A stretch of DNA of 64,000 bases from Psammoneis japonica (lineage: Eukaryota), in NCBI GenBank assembly GCA_008632985.1, contig QPGO01000010.1:806001-870000 (forward strand). The letters are read 5' to 3'. A program made the position numbers and the translations under genes. This document shows, piece by piece, positions 47,366-59,921 of the stretch. Below the pieces are notes generated by a model. The model was not told where the DNA came from and made no database searches. It saw only the letters and a list, made by a program, of their open reading frames with translations. The stretch's first letter is position 1. Each line of letters opens with the position of its first letter.

Positions 47366-48343
47366 TCATCTAGTTAGAAACTGGCCAATGCCAAACATGG
47401 ACACAAGGAATGAATCACGTGCAGCGACAAGAGAGAGCTTGTGTGTAGGCAAATGGTGTTGATTGAATCGACCTTGTGTGTCAGGGCGCTCGTGCACGCC
47501 TATATCGAAACAAGTTCCGCATAGATCGTACCCAATATCTTCACTGCAATCTAGACACTTGTATCGGCGTCCCACAATGGGACAAACACCACAACTATCA
47601 CAGCCAACACCATAATGAGTTTGCTCTTCTTGCCGTATTGCTGGACGAGAACGGCGTTCTTGCTTATTTTGGTTGTCTTCGCACGTTTCAGCTGCGGCTG
47701 GAATAATCGTTTCTTGGCACTGTGTTGCAGAGCAGGATACGGATACAACGCAAGCACGGTCATATTCGTCCTTGGACAAATGCTTTCTAAGAATCAAATC
47801 AATCAAAGCGCAAATAGGCGTTTCAGCATCGGAACTTGTCTCTGAGACTGAGATCCCAACGCAATTCTCGACCGGACACTTCTTGTGCTTGCCATGGCGA
47901 CAAACCACGTGGCCACACGAAAGAACCGTTGGCGGACATGCCGCTTTGTGACAAGCACTACATAGAAATAATGAGTCAATGGATTCATCCTCCGTTCCAA
48001 CTTCGATCAGCGGCGATTGTGCCATGTGTTCGCTTGATTCGATTGCCGCAATTTGCTCCTGCCTCTTGTTCATTTCATCTGGAAAAGTCCTTACAAGATA
48101 GGTGTGAAGCGGAATGCAAATAGCAGCAAAATGTCGAAATCGAGTGCGACAAATGGGGCATGCGTGATGCTCTTCCAAGAGATTCCTACCCGACATCATC
48201 GCACGGTTCAAACACCAGAAGCAAAAGACGTGACCACAATCATTCATCACGCACGGCTTGAACAGAGTTTCCAAACATATGGGACAAACAAAGTCATCCA
48301 ATGCGATGCTATTGCATCCACTGCCCGTCGTGTCTTTTGACAT
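47366..48343 (-). CDS. PRT1: PRT1-like E3 ubiquitin ligase (RING, RING-like, ZZ)
   Basis: CPICLETLFKP...CGHVFCFWC...CPICR; second CSAC...LSCGHVVC...CP; ZZ HYGVGCDSCGVCPIVGRRYKCLDC.EDIGYDLC..C...GRFNQHH.P.H. Confidence 0.8.
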   Translation of the reverse strand: MSKDTTGSGCNSIALDDFVCPICLETLFKPCVMNDCGHVFCFWCLNRAMMSGRNLLEEHHACPICRTRFRHFAAICIPLHTYLVRTFPDEMNKRQEQIAAIESSEHMAQSPLIEVGTEDESIDSLFLCSACHKAACPPTVLSCGHVVCRHGKHKKCPVENCVGISVSETSSDAETPICALIDLILRKHLSKDEYDRACVVSVSCSATQCQETIIPAAAETCEDNQNKQERRSRPAIRQEEQTHYGVGCDSCGVCPIVGRRYKCLDCSEDIGYDLCGTCFDIGVHERPDTQGRFNQHHLPTHKLSLVAARDSFLVSMFGIGQFLTR

Positions 48344-48519
48344 GGTTGTGCGGATAAAAGTAACTCCTGAGTCACGTGGTTACTAATCCACTCCCGCATC
48401 TTGAATAGCCGCTGTCGCCATTGTATCTCGTAGAAATCAACTTTTGAAGCGAAGCGGGAATCAGAATAAGGCTGTTACGCTTTCTAATTTCTTTTTTTCT
48501 AAGCAATAAGGCAGGCAGA

Positions 48520-48880
48520 TAGTCTACTGTAGCTACTCTACTCTAGCTACTACTCTAGCTAGAGTAGCTAGAGAGCACCGGTAGCTACTACTCTCTACTC
48601 TCTAGAGCTACTAGTCTAGCTCTAGCTAGTAGAGAGTAGCTAGCTACTGAAGCGCAGCGCAGATAGATAGGCCGGCTGCGGATCTAATCTACCGCGCTCT
48701 CTCTAGCTAGAGAGGAGCTAGCTAGCTAGAGTAGAGAAGTAGCTGGAGATACCGGTAACCAGTAACTCTAGTCTACTCTCTAGAGTAGAGGGCCCTCTAG
48801 CTAGAGTCTCTCTAGAGTAGAGAGGGTCTCGAGAAGTAGAGCTACATCCCTCTCCAGTAGCCCTAACTCTCTAGAGCTGT
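48520..48880. repeat. CTAG/AGCT/CTCT/GTAG-rich quasi-palindromic low-complexity tract
   Basis: Built almost entirely from CTAG, TAG/CTA and AGAG/CTCT words, with no fixed period. Confidence 0.85.
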
Positions 48881-49166
48881 TATGGACCTTTCCTTCTGAA
48901 CTATGCTACTGGTATCGACTGGTGGTAAGTAGGCATACTGTAGCTATGTGCGTGAGATGTGAGATAATAGATTAGAACTAATTGGGTATGAAAGGTATGA
49001 TAGATATAAAGTAGATAAGGGAGAGATCGAATGAACAAAGCAAGGAGTACACGAGCGATAAATGATCGATGAAGTGCACTTTGCTTGAAGTATGCAGCAT
49101 CAAAACATAAATCACAACCAACAATGATCATCATTCTAACGGGACTGTGAATCAACAAGCCTCAGC

Positions 49167-51777
49167 TCATTTTGTCACCTCTTCGCAGACAAAGCCGCTG
49201 GTGTCACAACAGATTGTACAGCAGTCGCACTGCATCTCCGGTGAAACACCGGCGCAATCCGATCTGAAATCCGTGAGCGGGTTAGACCGTTCGCAAAAAA
49301 AGGAATCAAGGCTGCCGTCAAATTCATTGCCTTGGAGCCACAGTTCCTCTAAAGACGAAAGGCAAACAGCTTGTAAGCTTTACCGTGCGCTGAGTGAATA
49401 AAGAAGCACAAATTCGCTTACCGAGTGTCGGAATCGCAGCAATTTCTGTGGGCAACGTTCCCACCAATCCATTGTAGGGCAAATTAAGCGACCTTAAGTT
49501 CGTCATGTCTCCCATTTCGCTGGGTACTCTTGTACCGAACAAATTGTTATTACCTAGATCCAAAAAGTCTAGCGAAGTTAGGAGGCCAAGTTCAGACGGA
49601 ATCGAAGAGCCGAATCCTACTCCAAACAAGTCCAGTGTGAATAGCCTACTCAGCAATCCTATTTCGGAAGGTAAATCACCCCCAAGGTCATTGAGCTCCA
49701 TCTGGAGATTCGTCAGTCTTGAGAATTCACCAATTAAGGGGGGGATTGATCCAACAAGTTTGTTTGAGCTGATATCAATGGTTTCCAGGCGAGGAGATGC
49801 CAACAGCGGCGTGAGAAACTGTTCCACAGTCCCCGTGAGAGAATTTCCATATAGCCAAACGTTTGTCAATGAACGACTCCCTGTGAACAGAGGAATCGGA
49901 CCACGGAAGTCATTATCCGAAATACTAATCTGCTGAAGACCTAAAAGTTCTCCGATCTCTTTTGGAATCTCTCCGTCGAGATTGTTGTCGCGCAAAAAGA
50001 TGTCGTTGATGGAAGGGCTGCGGAAGGCAGGCAAAGAGCCTTGAAGTGCATTACCAGCAAGGTTTATGAATTCAAGACTCGACAAAAGAGCAAGTGACTT
50101 TGGTAGAGTACCTGAAAGCTTACAGTCACTTATACCGATACTCTTCAGCCCTGTCGCTCCCCTAGTACCCACGGTGTCTGGCAGTGTTCCAGAGAGTTCG
50201 GTATTGAGGAAAAGATACAATTCCTCAAGGTCAGGCAAGTCAAAAAGCTCTGTTGGAAGTGTGCCAGTGAGGAAGTTTTCAGCAAGGTCAACAGACTTCA
50301 TAGAAAAAAGATTTCCAATATTCTCAGGAATAGATCCTTGGAGACGATTCGTTCTTAGATCTAGCACCTCAAGTGTTTCAAGAGCCGTCACTTCGGGTGG
50401 GAGACTGCCCTGAAGGTTGTTCCCCTCTGAAGAATGAAGGAAATGTTAGGACAGGTTCATTCTACATGTACAATATTGCTGGGCAAACAATCGTCGCGAG
50501 TTTGTCTTACCTAGTCTTATGTGCGTGACAGCTTCGTTACCATTGCAGAACACACCCGCACCAGAGAACAATGGATTGGAGGAGCCGTCATTCCAAGAGC
50601 AGACGGAAGTACCTCCTAGGAAGACAAAGCCATCGGTCCATTCTGACCCCTCCGTAGCGAAGTAGAGAACAAGGACGATATAGCGCTCCTTCAGGATTCT
50701 GAACGGAGTGTTGACAGTCATTTGAAGCGGATCCATATTGATAAGCCAGTTGAGTGCCTCGGCCTGAGGAGTGCCTGTGTCAATCGGGCCAAATTCTTGC
50801 TCGAGCCGACCTTGTATAACATCCGTTGCCACTGCAGTTGGTGGGTCGGTGGGAGCTGGCGTGGATGCTGGTGTAGTTGGAGTGGGCACTGGCGAAGTCG
50901 GCGCAGAGGTAGGCCTACTAGTACTATTGTTATCGCCACCACTGTCGTCATTGTTATTGCTGGATTGGCTGACGACAACGCCAACCACGGCGCCAATAAC
51001 AGCCAGAACAACCACGGTGCAGAAAATAATCGCCCACTTTCTCCTCCTAGCACCATTCTGCTCTACTTCTGTGGGTTGCTTGTTCGAAGGATCCATGACG
51101 TCTGCCACGACCGCCTGACCAATAATACGACGTTGAACCTCGTCCGCGATATCTTGGGTTTCTTGGCGGACTCGCTCATTCACTTGGTTCTCCACGTCTT
51201 GATGTTCAACAACCTTTGCAGCAATTGGTGTGAAACCGCCTGTTGCACTCTTGGTAGAAGACCGCTGGTATTGTACGAAGGTGGACATTTCGTGGGTGGT
51301 AGAGGTCGTAATCGGAGCCACGGCAACAGCACCGGGAATAGCAGCTGGAGCTTCCGATCTTCCCCTGGCGGCAGTCTTTTTTGTCACCAAATCTTCGACA
51401 ACCATGTTGTCACTCGGTGGAGGCATGGCCGCTACACCCATTCCTGGAGGTGATCCCCTTGCTGCCAACTTGGCTGCCCTGAGCTCTTCGTCATCAGATG
51501 TAGACCTGTATACGGTTTCACCAAGGCGCCCAGCGCCGGCAGAAGCGCGGGCCTCACTCGACCTGAAAGGGACTTGGTTGCTATTATTCATAGCGGGGGG
51601 CTTCGAGGAGGTGCGAGAAGGTAGCGACGGCGTCACGGGTATGTCATCATCTTGCTTGGGACCGGCCACTCCACCATCGCCGGATATGGAGCTGCCGTAA
51701 CGCTTACCAAACGACGGAGGAGCGGCCCCTAAATCGTCGTCGTCTTCGCCCCTCAAACGCGAACGATGTAAGGACAT
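49167..51777 (-). CDS. Leucine-rich-repeat membrane protein (cytoplasmic N-terminus, TM, LRRNT, plant-type LRRs, Cys-rich tail), 3 exons
   Basis: TM WAIIFCTVVVLAVIGAVVGVVV; PQAEALNWL...ERYIVLVLYFATEG..W; repeated LxLxxNxLxGxxPxE; ends CDCCTICC; introns 50510-50427 and 49421-49349. Confidence 0.9.
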
Positions 51778-52314
51778 ACTTGTTTCTAACCAAAACCAAA
51801 ACGCAGAGAAACTCTACACAATGAAGATGAGAGCGAGTGTTTTGTTTAAACAAAGGGATTCACCTCGACAAGCTAAAGAGATACGATCTTTGTCGTCTGC
51901 AGTTTGAAGTTACTACTTTCAGAATGCGAACACACTTCAAGCGCGCTTTGATGTCGCTTTAGCGGGCACGACGTTGCTTGTCCTTCATCGATTTTGCGCA
52001 CGACCCAAAGATTCGCGGATACGCTATCGAGAAGCGACGTAAAAATGTGATATAACAAATTTTAATATACCGATACTTAGATACAAAATATGTTATGGTT
52101 TCTGCCTCGTGGATATTATTAGTACTGCTGTACATACTTAGGAAGACTGCAATATTATAAAATAGAGTATATGATATATACATTTACTTTTCTGTTGATA
52201 GTCCATACATACTGGACGTATTACTTCTACGCAGTATCAGAGTGAAAGAGTCAAAAGAGATGGCAAGCGCGTAAATCATACTCTTAGCTCACAATACATA
52301 CCGTATTCCATAGG

Positions 52315-52460
52315 GCTCGAGGGCCCTCTACTAGTGTAGAGCTAGAGTATTCCTAGTACTGTCTACTCTCTACTGTAGAGACTTCTAACTACTAGCTAGA
52401 GAGGGCCCTAGCTACTAGCTCTAGAGCTAGAGCTAGCTAGCTAGAGTAGAGAGAGTAGAG
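52315..52460. repeat. Second CTAG-rich low-complexity tract
   Basis: Same word set as 48520-48880, including GAGGGCCCT. Confidence 0.8.
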
Positions 52461-53010
52461 AGCAATGGCAGCTACAGCGCATCCCTCTCCCCAACTGGCA
52501 GTGTGTGTTTCTTTCATTGAAGGTCCCAACGCACGACAATCCCTTTGAAGAAGGAATTTTGAACTGCCATGCGCGCTCCCTCCCGGTGCCCCTTTCAACC
52601 GCCGATGTGTCATTTTTTCGATGGTCATCTGCCATTTCATTCCAACACTGACAATCTAGGAAGTGTGTCTTGAATGCCTTGAAACATGAAAGCCACCCGC
52701 TGGGAAGTGGAGCCCCACCGTGTCTTTTATTACCGAACTTACTCTTGAGTCTACCATCGTTATTTGGCCAGCTGGAACCCCGGCGAAACATCCATCTTGG
52801 CATCACCGAAGACGAAGGAGACGACTTACCGGTAGGTCAAACACCATGCAGTGTCATTAGGATGCTTGATTATAATGCGGAAAACTGATTTCAATGGCGT
52901 TTCAACAGTGTTATTTACAGTCAATTGAGTCTCAATTAAGAATACACTAAACCTATTGGTTTCCCGATCCGCGTGCTGTAATATTATTTAACGCTATCGA
53001 AACCATGCGT

Positions 53011-56000
53011 TTATCGCTGGTCGGCAACCTCTTGTTGCTCTTGTTGATCACGCAGCAACGTCGCTTCTCGGTGCGCTTGTTCCAAGGATAGCTGCTGCTG
53101 CGCTTGTATGGATGCTGTAAATTGTCTTCGCAACGCCTCGTCGCCCGACAAGGTCACTTGCAAACGATGAAGTGTTCCTGCGGCACTCTGTTGTAGTACC
53201 TGGTCACCAGGGTAGTTGGCCAAGCACCACTCAAGCATTTGGTAGCAGTTGGGTGTCCACAGGAGGGTGGAGTGGTATTCGTGCGTGAGTGAAAGATTAT
53301 GAAGGACAAGGCAGGCCCGGTTCAAAATGGTCTGGCTGGAGCAAAAGTTCTTCATGGCTAAGACAACCAGATTGGCAATCTGCCCAACGTTCTCATCCAA
53401 TATCTCCTTTTCGGTGACATCGTTGACATCTTCAAGTTGCTCTGAAGTTGATCTTGATTCCGAACCCTCCTCCTCCGATGGAGTCACGGCTATAAACGCA
53501 GATACGAGAAACAAATGAGAAGGTGAGAAAATGATAAACAATCTAGCAACACTTCGAAATGAAATGGACACAACTTACTTGGAATGACTAGATTAATTAA
53601 AGCAAACAGGGCTCGGAACTGAACTTCGGCACTGTACGGGTGCTGCATCATTGCGTTTGCAACAGCAGAAATGCCGCCAAGCTTTGCCAGAACTGTCTTT
53701 TGGGACGAGGCCAAGGCGATATTCACCAAGGACCAGCAACTCATGGCTTGGAGTGCTTCTTCGGAGGCAAACCGTCTCATGGAATCTAGCATGACGGCAA
53801 TGCCGTTCTTTCCGCTGTGGGATCCGTTGCTAAAGACACCCGATGAATTCACCATGGAACTGTGAAAGAGCATTCCCTCGCGACCTCCAAGAGGTCTTGC
53901 CAAGAGAACAATCGTATGAAAGGCAGCAGTATGCAGTTCAAAGCTGTCTGGGAACGTCACCATTCCTCGGAGAACAATGCTCGTGAGGCCAGCGCGTTGC
54001 GCCGTCGTGCGTTGGTCCTCGTCTTCTAGTAGGTTTGGTAGAACTCGTAAGCACAAAGTCTGCAATACAAAGAAAGCGGTGTATGAATGAGCAGCTGTCC
54101 GTGATGAAACATATTCAAAACGACGCGTTTCCGCAACAAGTGCTTACCTGAATGCCTTCCACATCGGAAAAGGCCACCATCCAATTAACAATGGAGTAAA
54201 TGGCGCACGACCATGGCAGGTTCACGTCCCCGACCTCTCCCGTCTTGGCTGGACCCAAGAGCCTCTGCGTGATTACAGAGTGGCCGTACTTGACATTGGG
54301 ATTTGGCTTCGATTTTTGCTTTGTAGCAGAAGCGACCTAAGTTGTAAAGAAAGAAAAGAGGGTAAGAAACGTATGTACTCCTAACCGACAAAAACAGAGC
54401 GAAGCGTCGTTCACATACCTTTTGTCGTTTCCGCGCTGAACTCGTGTCACTGTCGGATACTCCCAAAAAGGGTGGTTCTTCTTCGGGTGGACACGGGGAA
54501 CTCATTCCCGATGAGGGTGGAGAGTAGGCCCGTTTCTTTTTATTGCCGTCCACTATATTTCTAGCTCGAGCAAGAAAATGCTTGAGCTTGGAATTGGATG
54601 TAAATGGATGGTGCGATACCCCCGCACCGCCATTGTCAATGACCGACGGTGGTCTACCATGCAAGGCATCGTCCTTGATCCGTTCCAAGTACCGCATGCA
54701 TCGGATAAAGGACGTGTACAAGAGACGGTATCGTCCAAACAAGTGTTTGACTTGTACATTGGAATGGACCGGAAAGGGACAGAGCGACTCTTCTTCACCA
54801 CTGTCATCGTCGTTTTCGCCATTGCCACCACTGTCGTCGTCAAAGGTAGCCTTGAAGGGTTCCGACAAACACAAGACTCTCCACAGGTGGTGTGGCTGTG
54901 TAAAGGTATCATACCAATCTTTGGAGAGAGGCATGGTGAGTAGCTCGTGTGCTTCGGGCGGCTCCAAGTAGGACAGGCAATGGGCCATGGTGTCGCCGCC
55001 CAAGCTGAAAATGGCAGGTTTGCCATCAATCAGGCCAATAGGTGCTCGCTTGTGATTGGACTTGACGGCGGCCTTCTTGTATATAGCAGCCGGCTTTCTG
55101 TCGTCGTCCTTGCATTCGTGGCCTTGTAGGGTTCTTCCGGTAGCACGCTCCATCTTGCTGGTGAATGCAAGAAGGGACGAAGCCAGTTCGCTCGGAACAG
55201 CCGCTCGATCGTCGGCTCCTCTTCTGCTTCGCTTTCGTCGTCTCTTAGGAGGCACTACTACGACATCGTCTTCGAGTTCATCCGATGATGATGAATTGGA
55301 AAAGGTGGAGGATACCGGTGAACACGATCGCGATGCCATTTGAAAGGCAAAGCCAGCCTTGGATGCGACTCGTGATTGCAAGTCATCGTTGGTGGGAGCG
55401 TGGTGCAAGTCGAGTCGATGATGATGATGATTTGGCGTTCCTTGATAATCTCCAGATGAGTCACTGCTGCTGGAGGACGAGGAGGATGAGCTTTGCTGCG
55501 CATCATTGGAGGAAGCTGATCCCGCATAGCCGCCTTCCGTCCCACTGCTTGTGACTCGGCATCATTGGAAGAACACGATGCGGTAGATCGTTGTCGCTTT
55601 ATGCGTGTCGACGGTTTCTTTGCAGCAATTGTAGGTACTGCGGCCCTTTTACGGTCATCACTGTTACGCAGTATCGACTACTGCTATGAGCGCTTGCAAG
55701 AGAACTTCTTCCTGAAGAAGAAAAGTCCGTCTGTGGAGGTGGCAATCGGGCTTGCACCATGGCGTGTGAACCCGACGAGTAGTCTCCTCCTGCTGCGCCG
55801 TCCTCGTCCTCCATGTGAATCGGAAGACCGTATCCGTCTCTTGCCGACCGTCGCCGTTGATGATGCTGTCGAAGAAAGGGTCCCTCACTAGGCATTGCAG
55901 CAGATCCCGAGTTTCCTCCGGAAGAGTTGCGATCATCGCCAGAAGACGTGTTGAGTCCAGAAGAAGTTGTTGTAGTTGTTGTTGTGTTGATTCCGGATGC

Positions 56001-56471
56001 AGTCACGATTGCTGGTCCATTCGATATTCGGATTTGACGATGCATCCCACTACTTGTGCTGCTCGATTGCTGTCTTGCATCACTGCTGCTGGAACAAGAG
56101 GAACCTTCACCTCCTCCCCGTGCAGCTGCTGCGACTCCACGTCCCGCAATCGTTGCCAGGGACGAGGATAAAGCATCCGCCAGTGTTGCTCGTAAGAAGC
56201 GAGACGCATCACTTCGGACTTCTGCGGACGATGATGTTTCACTTCCTGCTTCTCTTACAAGTGGTTTGCCGCTGCACGCCAGCAACAGAGACCGAGATAC
56301 CGGCGAAGGAGGAGGGGCAATGAGTAATCCCCGCGTTGTCACATATCCGTCGTCATCATTCTCCGCTACCGTATCGCTTATTGCACTGTTGTCGTCTATT
56401 GGACGAGGCATGTTGTTATTATTATTGAATGAAATGGCGTTCTTTTGTTGTTGTCCATGATGCATTTCCAT
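53011..56471 (-). CDS. Armadillo-repeat protein with an F-box-like segment and a low-complexity N-terminus (multi-exon; 5' part probably frameshifted)
   Basis: IFSLGGDTMAHCLSYL...LWRVLC; ARM-like LQAMSCWSLVNIAL, VQFRALFALINL, ILNRACLVLHNL; introns near 54417-54338, 54147-54061 and 53578-53491; linkage of ORF 55599-56471 is inferred. Confidence 0.65.
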
Positions 56472-57029
56472 TTCGCTCGTGAGTTTATGGGCGGAAGTTG
56501 AGAAACAGCTGATGGGTGTCGTGATCGCCTGCTTTTTTTACGTGCCTTTTGGTACAAAACGAATGGGACTGCCGAGCAGCCTTCAGCAGGCAAAGGTTCG
56601 ATGGAGCAGATGTTTTTCTGACAAATGTCGCACTAGTTAAACGTAGTCGTCTTGTGTGATGTCAATTCAGTGTCACAGAAAGAAAAAGTACAATTTATTT
56701 AACTAACCGAACACTGAACCCAGAAGGTACTATTTAACAACTGCACCCACTGACGCTCTAAATTCTTATTGGCTCCGAACACACGTTGGGAAGAAACAGA
56801 AGGTCTGGGCCTTAAATACCGATAACGTGAATGACGTCACAGCTTCTCCCGCTCTTTCGAGGTCGATGTCTTGAGAGCTCGAAATTTTCTCATTTTTCTG
56901 GATTGTCTTTCTGCTCCACGGCTTTCCGACATTGGAACATGTGCTTCTGACGATGAGGCTTGTGTCCGTCGCGTCGGTTCGGCTTGGATGAACCAACACA
57001 AAACACAACTAACACAGAGCATGCATGTC

Positions 57030-59921
57030 ATGAGAAGACGACTATCTCTAATATGCATTTGCATTTCATCAATAATAGCCGCTACGAATGCATTCATCTT
57101 TTCAGGTCCTCTTGCGGCGTGCAAGACTGAAAGAAATCATTTCGTCGCGTCACGCCTCATTGGCATGGCGTTGAACAACGCCGATGCAGCAACGAACACC
57201 AATACTGCTACTTCGCTAGAATCGACGTTGCTTGACAATCCAAACCGACAAGTAGCCATTGATTTCTTTCAACAGGCAGCCAAGAATGCAAACGCCAAGG
57301 TCGTTCCCGATCAAGATGTAATCAACTCAAACAGCAGTATCCTCATCAATTCACTCGTTTTCTTGGCCAACAACAACGACGTGACGCCTCTGCTCTTGAT
57401 TGTTCCTTCCAAAGAATCTGTTGACGTGGACTTGGCAAGCAGAGCCGTTTCCGACATGTTGAATTCATCAACAATTACAAGAATAAAACTCGCTCCATCC
57501 GACCTTGTTGAAAATGTTTGCGGTTTCCCTCCTGGTTGCGTACCGCCCTTTGGACACGTTACTCCACTCTTGACTCTTGTCGACTCGAGTTTAAAGAACA
57601 TGATATTGCTGGGAGGGGGTGGTCGTGATGGATATACTTGTGAAATTACAGCAAACGACCTGATTGCCATGGACCAAGCGCACGTGGCGGATCTCGTTGT
57701 TTCAGACGATACGACACGTAGAGAGGCACTTCTCCTGCTTCCAAAACCCTTTTTTTCGGTCGAGACGCCAGACACAAGGCAAGCGCAACTATACTTGAGT
57801 AGTGACAGTCAAGAGTACAGCAACACACCTCTGGAGCCAGTACCAGTCACAGTGTTTGGGAGACTGGGAGGGGTTCGTCAAATTGCCCGTCGTCTCGTGT
57901 TTTGCGATTTACTGCCGCCAACCGCAGAAATCGTCAATGGCCAAGTACAGGACGAGTATCCCTGGAGATCGGGCAGCGATGGAAAGGACATGGCGGTACA
58001 AGTCATTGCGGGCAAGACATTGTGCGAACAACTTAGTGACGACGATGGAGTAGCCGCCATGAAGGCATTAAAGAGTGGTAAACTTGCAATCATCAAGGGA
58101 CAAACCAATACTCGGACTCGCGATTCGTTGCGCAATTGGGTCGACAAGCGGAGTTTGGATATTGTCATTACTTCATTTCAAATCATTGAGGAAGAAGAAC
58201 CTAAGATATTTAAAGCGACTCAAGCAAATGTCGCAAAGCCAAGACTGGTTCAATCGTCGTTTCAAACTTCAACTGTTCGACCCCCATCAACATCGACCAA
58301 ACATACGGTATCTGCATCGGCTGCATCCTTCTTGAAATTGACTGATATTTTTGAGTCCCCCGAGGTATTGGTTGTAGACGACTTGGAGTCCGTCAATGCA
58401 TTTTCCGAAACAATCTCGCAAGTATTGTTGTCCCTCACAACGTACGAGAGCCCGGACAATGGCGACGCCAAACCAATTGGAGTTAGCAATGTCACGGTGG
58501 GATTAGACTGCGAGTGGAAGCCGTCAAGTCTCTTAACATATTCTGGTGATCCGCAAGCAGTCTCACTGTTGCAAATTAGTGTGCAATCGCACCAACAAGT
58601 CTATCTGCTTGATGTTTGTCGTCTTATTCGACCTCTGCAACCCGAGTCTGAAGACATGACAGAGATTGAAGCCTCCGTCTCGGACGTGCTGCAGAATCTC
58701 TTTTCGTCTACAAAAATACTCAAGACCGGTTTCCAAGTGGTTACAGATTTGAGGCGACTAGCAGCAAGCTTTCCGCATATTCCAGCCTTTCACACAATTC
58801 ATGCCGTTGTTGAGATCTCAAGCTTGGCCAAACAAGCGATAAGCTCCAACAAGAAGCGACGGGCGTCTCACAAGAGACAGTCACTGGCGGCTCTTACTGA
58901 ATCACTAACGGGTAAAACGTTGAATAAGGAACAGCAAGTTTCGGATTGGGAACAGCGACCCATGTCGAGTGCGCAAATGACATATGCGTCATTAGATGCT
59001 GCCGTCACTCCCTTTCTCTTGGAAAAGATTTTTGACATGATGGATGTGTCTCTTACGAGAGAGCTGTCTACAGCTGCTTCGGCTTATGAGTTGGGTCGAT
59101 GGAAGGGTGATCAATCCTTCAACAAGCAAATAGTGTCGTGGAGGTTCGTCAATATCCAGACGGATGATTCGAAAGCCATTCAAAAGCTCAAGGCAAAAAC
59201 GGTTGTGGGTGACGCATTGTACGTTTCGCAAAACTGGCCTACTGGGCACATTCCGCCTCTCTTGCCGTCTCCACCGTCGAGTGCGGGAGACGGCTCTTAC
59301 ACGGATAAACGAGGGATTCTACGCATTCCTTGCAAAACAATTACAGTGAGACAGTCCAAAGACGACTCAGCCAATCCAGCTGGCGATCTTGTTGGGAAGA
59401 GAATGGGCAAATCAAAGGAGAGATGCCTCGAAGCACTTCTACAAGGAACTGCTTCGTTGTCACCGGGATCTCAGCTTGACTTTTATCAGCGATCGGGATA
59501 TGTAGAGTTTCAAGATGCCGTAGCTTTGTTCGTCAACATGCCCAACAAGAACAGTCAAATACGACGGACCAGCTATCCAAACAAATGGTTGCATGGAGGC
59601 AAGATGTTAACTTGGTTCATTAGAGAGAAAGATTGGAAGAATGGAACGACTGGCCTAGCAGAAAAGTTGCTCTCAACGGATAACAATGAGTACGCTGTCC
59701 CCTCGGCGTTTCTCTTTGTTCGAATGGGAAGAGATGAGTTCATTTGTTGTGGGGGTTGCAGCGCAATAATACTACCAGCACCTGAGCGCTGTGAAGATGG
59801 TGCTCCCAAGACAATAAAGAGCTGGGAACTAAGAGAGTTATATCTTGTGCTACACGATTGGGAAAGGCTTAGCGACTCAGATGAGTTCGTGGAGTTGGTC
59901 AATTTCCAATGGACCGAGTAG
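57030..59921 (+). CDS. Plastid-targeted multidomain protein: YbaK/ProX-like domain, OB-fold-like segment, DnaQ-type (Mut-7/WRN-like) 3'-5' exonuclease, DUF3427-like C-terminus
   Basis: Signal peptide + NA-F; CGFPPGCVPPFGH...LVDSSL...GGG; VTVFGRLGGVRQIARRLVFCDL; VGLDCEWKP, LLQI, QVSDWEQRPMSSAQMTYASLDA; LFVN...YPNKW...LTWF...LFVR...FICCG. Confidence 0.8.
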   Translation: MRRRLSLICICISSIIAATNAFIFSGPLAACKTERNHFVASRLIGMALNNADAATNTNTATSLESTLLDNPNRQVAIDFFQQAAKNANAKVVPDQDVINSNSSILINSLVFLANNNDVTPLLLIVPSKESVDVDLASRAVSDMLNSSTITRIKLAPSDLVENVCGFPPGCVPPFGHVTPLLTLVDSSLKNMILLGGGGRDGYTCEITANDLIAMDQAHVADLVVSDDTTRREALLLLPKPFFSVETPDTRQAQLYLSSDSQEYSNTPLEPVPVTVFGRLGGVRQIARRLVFCDLLPPTAEIVNGQVQDEYPWRSGSDGKDMAVQVIAGKTLCEQLSDDDGVAAMKALKSGKLAIIKGQTNTRTRDSLRNWVDKRSLDIVITSFQIIEEEEPKIFKATQANVAKPRLVQSSFQTSTVRPPSTSTKHTVSASAASFLKLTDIFESPEVLVVDDLESVNAFSETISQVLLSLTTYESPDNGDAKPIGVSNVTVGLDCEWKPSSLLTYSGDPQAVSLLQISVQSHQQVYLLDVCRLIRPLQPESEDMTEIEASVSDVLQNLFSSTKILKTGFQVVTDLRRLAASFPHIPAFHTIHAVVEISSLAKQAISSNKKRRASHKRQSLAALTESLTGKTLNKEQQVSDWEQRPMSSAQMTYASLDAAVTPFLLEKIFDMMDVSLTRELSTAASAYELGRWKGDQSFNKQIVSWRFVNIQTDDSKAIQKLKAKTVVGDALYVSQNWPTGHIPPLLPSPPSSAGDGSYTDKRGILRIPCKTITVRQSKDDSANPAGDLVGKRMGKSKERCLEALLQGTASLSPGSQLDFYQRSGYVEFQDAVALFVNMPNKNSQIRRTSYPNKWLHGGKMLTWFIREKDWKNGTTGLAEKLLSTDNNEYAVPSAFLFVRMGRDEFICCGGCSAIILPAPERCEDGAPKTIKSWELRELYLVLHDWERLSDSDEFVELVNFQWTE

